From Massilicoli timonensis (GTDB lineage: Bacteria > Bacillota_I > Bacilli_A > Erysipelotrichales > Erysipelotrichaceae), in the NCBI RefSeq assembly GCF_900199515.1, contig NZ_LT963433.1:268150-300149 (forward strand): a stretch of DNA of 32,000 nt, written 5' to 3'. Within the stretch, counting starts at the first letter, position 1; every line of letters starts with the position of its first letter. The translations under genes and the position numbers were made by a program. Shown here piece after piece: positions 24,608 to 32,000 of the stretch. The notes beneath the pieces were generated by a model. That model was not told the DNA's origin and ran no database searches. It saw only the letters and a program-made list of their open reading frames with translations.

Positions 24608-25930
24608 TCATTCTTCGCTTTCTTCCACCCGCAAAGATTTGGCGATCGATGCGGCAGTCGCTTCCATGATCTGCTTGCGGTTTGCTTTCCAGTAATTCAT
24701 ATCATCGGCATTGCTGACATAGCCATAGTAGATACTGATTGCCTGCATGCCATATAAATTGTCTTTGGCAAACGATGCCGTGCCTTTTACCGTATTTTCC
24801 GAATACATGCCTGCCTGCGTCGCCTTCCCGCCGGCTTCTCGTATTACCATATCGTTGTCATACACCGTTCTGCCATCCATTCCGGTATATTGCTCTAATG
24901 CAATGACACCGACAGTCTTTTCATCATAAACATACATCGGATTTCCTTCTAATTCCGTGTTTGCCTTCAGATCGTAAAGCAGGGCATTCGCCAAGACCGC
25001 AGAAGCATGAGAGGAATAGTAAATCTCCATGCCGTGTACGCTCGCTGAGGCATCCTCTTGTAAACCGATATGGAAATAGTAGCGGGCATTGCTTTGATAA
25101 GCCTTTGCCAGTCGTCCCTTGCGGCCATATGTATTGACGACATCCTCCATCTGATCGCGGGTAATACCGACTCGCAAACCGTATTTCTCCAGCGCCGCCT
25201 TTAATTCCAGCGCCGCCTGATAGTTTTCCTCATACTCCATCACGCCGTTGCCTTCACCGCCGCGTTCTACATAGTTGGTATAGTCCTTGTTGTATTCTGA
25301 TGGATCCAGCATAATATCATAGTCATCCTGATTCGGCTTCTCTTCTTTTACCTCCAGAAACAAATAGCGATCCTGCAAAGTAACATCAAAATCCTTTAAC
25401 AGCGAACGATCGGCGATCAAGGAAATACGATGCACCTTGCCGTTTCGTTTGATCGTTGTAAAATGATCATCATGCAGATCGCTCGCATAAACCGCACGCT
25501 TTCTTACAAGCTGATCAACGACATATACCTCATAAAAACCCGGTTCCAGTTCATCCAAAGGCAGTTTGCGATCCACGCTTCCCTCCATGGACAACTGATA
25601 AGTATGATCTTGATCACACACATCGACCAATTCCACCGTCTTGCCGACGATGTCATCGCTTTTTTCTACATCATAGGCTGTCTGCAGCAAACTCAGTGAT
25701 TCTCCGTAAAACAAATAATCGCTTAATAAATAGGTGTCTTCAAAAGTCTGATTTAATTTTTCTTCCGTTTGCGGCGGAGAAAAGGAGCAGATCGCATAGC
25801 GCGTATCTTCCGGCGCCGGCTGAAACAGCAGATGCGCGAAAAAATAAACGCATAACAAAAGTAAGACCAACAGCGGCAGAGCGATCTTCCAGCGAATCTT
25901 AAATTGTCGGTTGCGCGGTGCGTATGCCAT
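24608..25930 (-). CDS. Membrane-anchored protein with a divergent, probably degenerate Amidase_3 (MurNAc-L-Ala amidase) domain
   Basis: 440 aa with an N-terminal TM anchor (WKIALPLLVLLLLCVYFFAHLLF). The C-terminal 220 aa align by eye to the Amidase_3 pattern: IMLDPSEYN / VMEYEENYQAALELKAALEKYGLRVGITRD / YYFHIGLQED / HGMEIYY / AISIYYGYVSNADD. Confidence 0.55.
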   Translation of the reverse strand: MAYAPRNRQFKIRWKIALPLLVLLLLCVYFFAHLLFQPAPEDTRYAICSFSPPQTEEKLNQTFEDTYLLSDYLFYGESLSLLQTAYDVEKSDDIVGKTVELVDVCDQDHTYQLSMEGSVDRKLPLDELEPGFYEVYVVDQLVRKRAVYASDLHDDHFTTIKRNGKVHRISLIADRSLLKDFDVTLQDRYLFLEVKEEKPNQDDYDIMLDPSEYNKDYTNYVERGGEGNGVMEYEENYQAALELKAALEKYGLRVGITRDQMEDVVNTYGRKGRLAKAYQSNARYYFHIGLQEDASASVHGMEIYYSSHASAVLANALLYDLKANTELEGNPMYVYDEKTVGVIALEQYTGMDGRTVYDNDMVIREAGGKATQAGMYSENTVKGTASFAKDNLYGMQAISIYYGYVSNADDMNYWKANRKQIMEATAASIAKSLRVEESEE

Positions 25931-25953
25931 AATATGCTCCTTTCTTTCATTTC

Positions 25954-26784
25954 TTATCGTTCCGGATATTCCCGATGGATCTCAACATCTTTAATATGCT
26001 TCGGACGCTGCTCCTTTAACGGCGGATATTCCATGTGATGAACAGAAACCTCCACATCCAACAGTGCCTTGGGGTTTTTAGGAACCGGCAGCATCGTATC
26101 CTCAAAAGGAACGTATCGCACCGGATAAATGTCATCCTTGCGATATACCACCGGATGCTTAAAAAATTCAAATACCCACGTTAATTCAAAGCCGATCAGT
26201 TCACTGCCTTGATTTTTCCTGCCATAGTTTTCCGCAAGAGCGACAAAACGGCGTTTCAGCCTTTTGGGATTGATGCCGATATTTTCAAACAGTGTAATCA
26301 GCGGCATCTGAAGCAGCGCTTTCCTTCTCCAACGGCGATCGAGCTTTGGATCCTGCGACACATGATCGACGATAAAAACATCAATAAATAAACCATCTCC
26401 GCTTTTGCACTTATTGCGCAGCAGAACATTTTGTTCCTTCACATAAGTGCCGCGCTTGCGGATCTTCATTGCCGGGATACATACATTGTAGCTTGGATCT
26501 AAAGCAAACGACTGTGCGTAATACTGCTGCGGCAATTCGCCGATCACCTTTACAAAGCGTTCATAATCTTCCCGCATCATGCAAATGTCCGCATCATCAT
26601 CCCAGGGAATAAAACCGCCATGTCTGATCGCACCCAAACAACTGCCTCCCGATAAATAATAAGGGATCCCATGCCGACGGCATAAAACGTCGATATCTTT
26701 CAACATTTCCAACAGGATCATCTGGACATCTCTTACCGTGATCACAGAGCCATCCCGCTTTTGTTTCAATACATATTCTTTCAT
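25954..26784 (-). CDS. licD: LicD-family phosphotransferase (phosphocholine/polyol-phosphate transfer to cell-wall glycopolymers)
   Basis: 276 aa. YYLSGGSCLGAIRHGGFIPWDDDADICM is the LicD nucleotidyltransferase-fold signature. Confidence 0.85.
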   Translation of the reverse strand: MKEYVLKQKRDGSVITVRDVQMILLEMLKDIDVLCRRHGIPYYLSGGSCLGAIRHGGFIPWDDDADICMMREDYERFVKVIGELPQQYYAQSFALDPSYNVCIPAMKIRKRGTYVKEQNVLLRNKCKSGDGLFIDVFIVDHVSQDPKLDRRWRRKALLQMPLITLFENIGINPKRLKRRFVALAENYGRKNQGSELIGFELTWVFEFFKHPVVYRKDDIYPVRYVPFEDTMLPVPKNPKALLDVEVSVHHMEYPPLKEQRPKHIKDVEIHREYPER

Positions 26785-26814
26785 CTTTTCACCTATTCAT
26801 TCTAAACCTATTTT

Positions 26815-26843
26815 ATTATAGAATAAAAGCGCGTTCCATACAA
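26815..26843 (-). promoter_or_regulatory. Sigma-A type promoter for licD
   Basis: Minus strand: TTGTAT (26843-26838), a 17-nt spacer, then TATAAT (26820-26815). Confidence 0.6.
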
Positions 26844-26901
26844 CCTTTCTGACAAATTTGAAAGATGGCATCCACCCTGTGATCTTGAACCGTTCTCAAA
26901 C

Positions 26902-26923
26902 AAAAAGAAGGGAAGTCCCTTCT
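26902..26923 (-). terminator. Rho-independent terminator of asnS
   Basis: Minus strand: AGAAGGG-ACTT-CCCTTCT followed by TTTTTG, 5 nt after the asnS stop. Confidence 0.8.
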
Positions 26924-26928
26924 CTTGC

Positions 26929-28314
26929 TTAAAACAACAGATTGTTCGGTGTTCTCGGGAATGGCTGCACATCGCGGATATTCTGCATACCGGTCAAGTA
27001 CATCAAGAAGCGATCAAATCCCAAACCGAAACCGGCATGCTTGCATCCCCCATAGCGGCGCAGATCCATATACCACTGCAAGCTCTCTTTGCCCATGCCC
27101 ATTTCATCCATGCGGGCATTTAATACCTCATAGCGTTCCTCACGCTGGCTGCCGCCGACCAGTTCACCTACGCCCGGCACTAATAAATCACAAGCCGCTA
27201 CGGTTTTCTGATCATCATTGACACGCATATAGAAAGCCTTGATCTCCTTTGGATAGTCAGTCAAGAAAACCGGTCCCTTTACCACTTGTTCACACAAATA
27301 ACGCTCATGCTCCGCATTCAGGTCCATGCCCCAGTAAATGTCGCGATTCTCAAATTTCACATCTGCTTTCTGCAATAAGGCGATCGCTTCACTGTAAGTC
27401 ATGCGCTTAAATTCACTGTCCCGCACTTCACTGATACGGCGGATACAGTCTTTATCGATCATCTTTTCAAAGAATTTCATTTCTTCCGGCGCATTCTCCA
27501 ATACATAATCAATACAGTACTTGATCATATCTTCGATCAGTTCCATATCATCATCCAGATCGGCAAAGGCAATCTCCGGTTCGATCATCCAAAACTCGCT
27601 GGCATGTCTTGAAGTATGTGAATTTTCAGCACGGAATGCCGGCCCGAACGTATAAACATCGCGGAAAGCCATCGCAAACGCTTCGACATGCAACTGCCCG
27701 GTTACCGTTAAGAACGCCTGCTTGCCGAAAAAGTCCTCCTCGTAGTGATCATCGCTGCGCGTAGTGGCGCAAAACATTTCTCCGGCGCCTTCGCCGTCAT
27801 TGCCGGTAATGATCGGTGTATGCACATAGACAAAACCCTGATTTTGGAAAAACTCATGAATGGCCATCGACAAGATTGAACGCAGCCGATAAATCGCATA
27901 AAAACTGTTTGCCCGCGGACGCAGATGGGCAATCTCACGCATATATTCGAAACTATGGCGTTTTTTCTGAAGCGGATAGTCCCGATCACAGTCGCCCTCC
28001 AGCTGCATTTCCGCTACGATGATCTCAAAAGGCTGTTTCCCTTCCGGTGTGCGCTTCAATTTTCCCGTTACACTTACCGCAGCCCCAGTCGGATACTTTG
28101 CGATCGTATCAAACATCGCCAACTGATGATCATAAACCAACTGGGCATTGCGGAAATATGTACCGTCATTCAATTCGATAAAGCCGAGCTTCCCGCTGCA
28201 TCGATTCGTCCTGATCCAGCCCTGCAATTCCACATATTCTAAGCTTTCCACCTCTACTAATGAGCCGCCTAATACCATTTCGTAAAGTTCTCTGATCGTA
28301 ATAAATTCAAACAT
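26929..28314 (-). CDS. asnS: Asparagine--tRNA ligase
   Basis: 461 aa. Class IIb N-terminal OB fold and AsnRS motifs [33 protein letters not shown] and [12 protein letters not shown]. Confidence 0.93.
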   Translation of the reverse strand: MFEFITIRELYEMVLGGSLVEVESLEYVELQGWIRTNRCSGKLGFIELNDGTYFRNAQLVYDHQLAMFDTIAKYPTGAAVSVTGKLKRTPEGKQPFEIIVAEMQLEGDCDRDYPLQKKRHSFEYMREIAHLRPRANSFYAIYRLRSILSMAIHEFFQNQGFVYVHTPIITGNDGEGAGEMFCATTRSDDHYEEDFFGKQAFLTVTGQLHVEAFAMAFRDVYTFGPAFRAENSHTSRHASEFWMIEPEIAFADLDDDMELIEDMIKYCIDYVLENAPEEMKFFEKMIDKDCIRRISEVRDSEFKRMTYSEAIALLQKADVKFENRDIYWGMDLNAEHERYLCEQVVKGPVFLTDYPKEIKAFYMRVNDDQKTVAACDLLVPGVGELVGGSQREERYEVLNARMDEMGMGKESLQWYMDLRRYGGCKHAGFGLGFDRFLMYLTGMQNIRDVQPFPRTPNNLLF

Positions 28315-28330
28315 CTGTTTTCCTCCTTAT

Positions 28331-28560
28331 AAAAAAACGTCCCCTGCTAACAGGAACGTCATCACACGCGGTACCATCCTCATTCATATACGCTGTTTCG
28401 CATATGCACCTTTCCCATAACGCCGGGCTGCGAAACTGTCTACTGATGCTTCGACGCACGTTCTCCAGTCTAACTCCGTGGCTGTTCCTTTCTTCCGCAC
28501 CTGTGCCGGTCTTTCACCATCACCGGCTCGCTGCAAACAAGTTTTTGCGGATCAAGTTTC
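28331..28560 (-). promoter_or_regulatory. T-box riboswitch leader controlling asnS (probable Asn AAC specifier)
   Basis: Minus strand elements, in order:
- AGCGAG bulge and GGTGAAAG distal loop.
- Specifier region GGAAGAAAGGAACAGCC, with AAC at 28486-28484 followed by A.
- GCGTTA F-box.
- Conserved T-box GGATGGTACCGCG (28379-28367).
- Terminator ACGTTCCT-GTTAGCA-GGGGACGT plus U7 (28360-28331), directly before the AAGGAGG RBS. Confidence 0.88.
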
Positions 28561-28579
28561 CACTTCTTCGTTTTCTTTT

Positions 28580-29206
28580 TTATTGAAATGAATTGGCATT
28601 TGTTTCAAACACCAGTTCTTGGATCGATGAAACGACATCTACCGGTTTCAAGCGCACGCCTTTTGGCACTTGGATGTGTTCATGCGTAAAATCAACGATA
28701 CCGATAATGCCACAGGCGATCAAGCGATCGACCGTTTTTTGAATGTCTTTTGAAATCGCCAGTATCGCGATACGGCACCCTTCCGGGATCTTTTCTTCCA
28801 ATTCGCTGAGATCATATACCGGAATGCCGAAGCGCACCCCCTGACGATCCGGATTCAGATCGAAAGCAGCCGCAATCTCTCCTACTACATAGTCCCATTT
28901 ATTGTACTTCATCAAAGCTCTGCCGAGATTACCCGCGCCGACCAAAATGATCTTCTCATCGAAATCCATGCCGAGCTCCTGATTAAAGATTTCAATCAGT
29001 TTTGCGACATCATAACCATAGCCTTGTTTCCCCAAATTTCCTAGAAACGAGAAATCACGGCGAATCGTCGTCGGTTCGATGTTTACCACAGCGGCGAGTT
29101 CTTTAGACATGATGCGTTCTACTCCGCTTCGATGTAATTTGCGAAGTGCTTTCAGATAGACGGGATAGCGTTGCAAAGTAGCCTTAGGTACAGTCCTATT
29201 TGTCAT
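28580..29206 (-). CDS. rex: Redox-sensing transcriptional repressor Rex
   Basis: VPKATLQRYPVYLKALRKL, the winged helix, and the Rossmann motif ILVGAGNLGRAL. ATG 29206 is preferred; the alternative start is GTG 29215. Confidence 0.92.
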   Translation of the reverse strand: MTNRTVPKATLQRYPVYLKALRKLHRSGVERIMSKELAAVVNIEPTTIRRDFSFLGNLGKQGYGYDVAKLIEIFNQELGMDFDEKIILVGAGNLGRALMKYNKWDYVVGEIAAAFDLNPDRQGVRFGIPVYDLSELEEKIPEGCRIAILAISKDIQKTVDRLIACGIIGIVDFTHEHIQVPKGVRLKPVDVVSSIQELVFETNANSFQ

Positions 29207-29299
29207 ACTTATCACCGTTCCTATTATAGCACAAGCGCCTTTGATTGTGAATAATTTATTTTATTGCACTAACCAATTTTGCACAGGTGAGGTCAGCAT

Positions 29300-30328
29300 C
29301 TACTTTGTATTGCCATATTCCTCAAGATCCATGCTCGGATCGGCAGTCAAATCCATCTCGCCTCTTACCTGATGCAGATAGGCAGCCGTTCCCGCTACTG
29401 CGATCATCGCCGCATTATCCGTACAGCAGGATAGCGGAGGAATGATATAAGCGCAATCCGGAAACTGCTCTTCCATCATTTGGGTCATACGTTCCCGCAG
29501 CCGGGAATTCGCCGCTACACCGCCGGCCAAAACCACCTGCTTCGGCCTTTTCAGTTTGATTGCCTTTTCCAGCTTCTGCAATAGCTGTGTGAGTGCCGTT
29601 TCCTGAAAAGAGGCCGCCAGATTCGCTTCTTCATAGGCAACACCCTGCCGTTTACAGCGGTCGATAAACTGTAAAACACCGGATTTTAAGCCACTGAAGG
29701 AAAAATCCAGTTCCCCGGCGGTCTTAGGAAGCGGCAAGCGGTAGATCGCTTCCCCGCTTTTTGCCAGTCGATCGATCTTCGGACCGCCCGGATAGCCAAG
29801 CCCCATCACTCTGGCCACCTTGTCGTAAGCTTCTCCGATTGCATCATCCTGCGTCGTTCCCAAAATTTCAAAAGTAAAATCATCTTCCATATAGACCAGT
29901 TCGGTATGCCCGCCGGAAACGACCAGCGCCAACAAAGGGAAATGCAGCTCCTCTACCAAACGATTCGCATAAATATGGCCGGCGATATGGTGTACCGGCA
30001 CCAACGGCTTATCAAAAGCATATGCCAATGTTTTAGCGGCCTGTACCCCGACATGCAGAGAACCGATCAGGCCCGGCCCCTGCGTAATGGCGATTGCGTC
30101 CATTTCTTCCATCGTCATATCGGCCTGCTTCAGTGCCTCTGCGATTACCATGGAAATATTTTCGACATGGATGCGGCTGGCAACTTCCGGTATCACACCG
30201 CCGAAATCTTTATGCACATCAATCTGTGTCGCAACGACATTTGCCAAGATCTCACATCCGTTTTTAACGATTGCCGCAGCGGTTTCATCACAGCTGGATT
30301 CCAGCGCAAAAATTACGGTATCACTCAT
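29300..30328 (-). CDS. tsaD: tRNA N6-adenosine threonylcarbamoyltransferase
   Basis: 342 aa. ESSCDETAAAIV, HHIAGHIYA and SGGHTELV are Kae1/TsaD signatures. Confidence 0.95.
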   Translation of the reverse strand: MSDTVIFALESSCDETAAAIVKNGCEILANVVATQIDVHKDFGGVIPEVASRIHVENISMVIAEALKQADMTMEEMDAIAITQGPGLIGSLHVGVQAAKTLAYAFDKPLVPVHHIAGHIYANRLVEELHFPLLALVVSGGHTELVYMEDDFTFEILGTTQDDAIGEAYDKVARVMGLGYPGGPKIDRLAKSGEAIYRLPLPKTAGELDFSFSGLKSGVLQFIDRCKRQGVAYEEANLAASFQETALTQLLQKLEKAIKLKRPKQVVLAGGVAANSRLRERMTQMMEEQFPDCAYIIPPLSCCTDNAAMIAVAGTAAYLHQVRGEMDLTADPSMDLEEYGNTK

Positions 30329-30773
30329 TTATCATCACTCCCAACGGTTTTACTAAAAGCAGTGCATCTTCCTGATTATCGCTGTAATAACCCTTGCGTA
30401 CATTGACCTGCATAAAGCCAAAGGATTCATACAGTTTTTGTGCGGGAAGATTGCTGATACGCACTTCAAGGGAAATATTATCACAGTTCGCATTTATCGC
30501 ATCGCTTATCATCTGCTGCATCAAGGCATGTGCATGACCTGCTCTTCGAAACGCAGGGTGCACGGCAATCGACGCCAGCTGACAAATATCAAAGGTAATC
30601 CAAAAATCAATGTAAGCCACGACTCTTCCGTTCACTTCCACAACATATAGATAAGCATAGTCGTTTTCACTTAATTCATATAAAAAATGTTCTTTCTGCC
30701 ATTTTGATGAAAAAGAACGCTTTTCAATCTGTTCAATTTCCATCAGATCGGACGGTTTCATTCTTCTGATCAT
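30321..30773 (-). CDS. rimI: Ribosomal-protein-alanine N-acetyltransferase (GNAT)
   Basis: 150 aa. GNAT motif A IAVHPAFRRAGHAHALM. Sits in the conserved position between tsaB and tsaD. Confidence 0.85.
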   Translation of the reverse strand: MIRRMKPSDLMEIEQIEKRSFSSKWQKEHFLYELSENDYAYLYVVEVNGRVVAYIDFWITFDICQLASIAVHPAFRRAGHAHALMQQMISDAINANCDNISLEVRISNLPAQKLYESFGFMQVNVRKGYYSDNQEDALLLVKPLGVMINE

Positions 30774-30774
30774 C

Positions 30775-31374
30775 TTATTTCACCAGATAGGCGCTTTGTT
30801 CCTTCAAATAACAAGGCACCAGCGTATGCGGGTTCTGCACAAGCTGCCAAAGCGGCTTCAGATCACAAAAATTTGCGACAAAATCGACTTCCGTTTTCGG
30901 CATTCCCAGCAGATCCAAATCACCTATTAAATTGAGATCATCGTTTTGTTCCGCTTTGATCTCATCTAATGTCTTAATGCTTGGCTCCTCTATAAACACA
31001 CCATTATGAAGTTTCCCGACATAGGCGCGATTGCTTCTCGCATCCAGCATCACATAGGCATTTTCCATCATCCCGGCATACAGCTGTAGCGTAGAAAGCG
31101 TATAAAGAGGAACGTTGCGGGTCGTCGCAAATACTTTGGCGATCGTCATGGCAATTCTGACTCCGGTATAGCTACCCGGACCGACGCTCACCACAAGCGC
31201 ACCGATCTGCGATGCCTGCCATCCGGCTTGATCCATCAGCTCGATCCATTTTGGGAAAATGGTTTCAGACTGCTTTTTCCAAGAAGGAATCGCACAGCCC
31301 GCAACCACCGTTTGATCTTCGATCAGTGCGATCACCAAATGTCGATGCGATGTATCCATACAAACATATTTCAT
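30775..31374 (-). CDS. tsaB: tRNA threonylcarbamoyladenosine biosynthesis protein TsaB
   Basis: 199 aa. VSVGPGSYTGVRIAMTIAK, and its operon context. Confidence 0.88.
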   Translation of the reverse strand: MKYVCMDTSHRHLVIALIEDQTVVAGCAIPSWKKQSETIFPKWIELMDQAGWQASQIGALVVSVGPGSYTGVRIAMTIAKVFATTRNVPLYTLSTLQLYAGMMENAYVMLDARSNRAYVGKLHNGVFIEEPSIKTLDEIKAEQNDDLNLIGDLDLLGMPKTEVDFVANFCDLKPLWQLVQNPHTLVPCYLKEQSAYLVK

Positions 31375-31817
31375 AATTCTTCCTCCAATTTACGATATCT
31401 TTCTCCAATGCCGTTGATCATGATCAGACGCTTTTCTCCCTCTTGATTTGTAATCGTTAATTCCAGTCGTTCTTTGGGCAGCGTGTATTCGATATACTGC
31501 GGCCATTCGACCACACAGACGCCTTCATCCGCAAACACTTCTTCAAAACCCAGATCCTGGGTAATCCCCTCTAAGCGGTAAGCATCAATATGATAAAAGG
31601 GTAAACTGCCCTGATAAATCTTCAAGATATTAAACGTAGGTGAATTGATCGTCTTTTTTACACCGAGCGAGCGCCCAAACGCCTTGGTAAAAGTGGTCTT
31701 GCCCGCACCCAGATCGCCTTTTAAGGTAACCAATAGCCCGGGAAATACTTTTGCGGCTAAAGCTTCGGCAAGTGCGTTTGTCTCTTCTAATGAATGAATT
31801 TCGATCGTTTTCATCAT
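31371..31817 (-). CDS. tsaE: tRNA t6A biosynthesis ATPase TsaE
   Basis: 148 aa. Walker A GDLGAGKTTF, SPTFNI and YHIDAYRL. By RBS spacing (GGAGGTG) the second ATG (31814) may be the true start. Confidence 0.9.
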   Translation of the reverse strand: MMKTIEIHSLEETNALAEALAAKVFPGLLVTLKGDLGAGKTTFTKAFGRSLGVKKTINSPTFNILKIYQGSLPFYHIDAYRLEGITQDLGFEEVFADEGVCVVEWPQYIEYTLPKERLELTITNQEGEKRLIMINGIGERYRKLEEEL

Positions 31818-31870
31818 ACACCTCCAACTGCATCAAAATGTGTGCGAGAACATTATACAGGAAAAACAAC

Positions 31871-31895
31871 AAAAAAAAAAGCCTCGTTTAGAGGC
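31871..31895 (-). terminator. Rho-independent terminator following the 5S rRNA
   Basis: Minus strand: GCCTC-TAAAC-GAGGC followed by a run of 10 U. Confidence 0.8.
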
Positions 31896-31899
31896 AAGA

Positions 31900-32000
31900 A
31901 GGACCGGCGAAGTGCTATCTTGACTGAGGCAAGCCCAGCTATTGTCGCCGCTGAAGTGCTTAACTTCTGTGTTCGGGATGGGAACAGGTGTGTCCACTCC
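31900..32000 (-). rRNA. rrf: 5S ribosomal RNA, 3' portion of about 100 nt (5' end beyond the window)
   Basis: The reverse complement reads ...CACACCTGTTCCCATCCCGAACACAGAAGTTAAGCACTTCAGCGGCGACAATAGC.... This matches the universally conserved 5S loop B/C-helix III core (compare B. subtilis CACACCCGTTCCCATACCGAACACGGAAGTTAAGC). The 3' boundary is approximate. Confidence 0.9.

Noticed and set aside
29216-29299. Rex operator (TTGTGAA-n4-TTCACAA) upstream of rex for autoregulation
   Set aside because: Only a single half-site (TTCACAA on the minus strand, ATTGTGAA at about 29248-29255) is present. There is no correctly spaced partner, so this is not enough to call an operator.

Overview
This 32-kb window is chromosomal DNA from a low-GC Gram-positive bacterium (Bacillota). 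The Mollicutes-like insertions in the Opp proteins suggest Erysipelotrichia, but I could not verify that. Most of it is housekeeping and densely coded.

Plus strand: hflX, a class-V aminotransferase, an orphan pyrR, an M42 aminopeptidase, a UPF0016/GDT1 cation transporter and pepF.

Minus strand: an AzgA-type purine permease, pflA-purN, ptsI, a five-gene Opp-type ABC importer plus a small membrane protein, a small membrane protein of unknown function, an ABC-F ATPase, a membrane-anchored degenerate amidase_3 protein, licD, asnS with an Asn T-box leader, rex, tsaE-tsaB-rimI-tsaD, and the 3' part of a 5S rRNA at the right edge.

Accessory content: a truncated XRE-family regulator with palindromic operators at the left edge, followed by about 200 bp of unexplained GC-rich sequence, and one intact ISL3-family IS (12391..14023) with a perfect 8-bp target duplication.

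The most unusual item is the Opp locus:
- The OppC-type permease carries a complete seven-blade RCC1-like beta-propeller in its first extracytoplasmic loop.
- OppF carries an insertion of about 140 aa, predicted helical or coiled-coil, between Walker A and the Q-loop.
- The lipoprotein OppA is oversized and has an acidic D/N/G-rich segment.
- A 65-aa membrane protein is translationally coupled to the operon end.

I found no CRISPR array, recognisable defence system, toxin-antitoxin pair or biosynthetic cluster. All homology calls come from motif recognition by eye; no searches were run.
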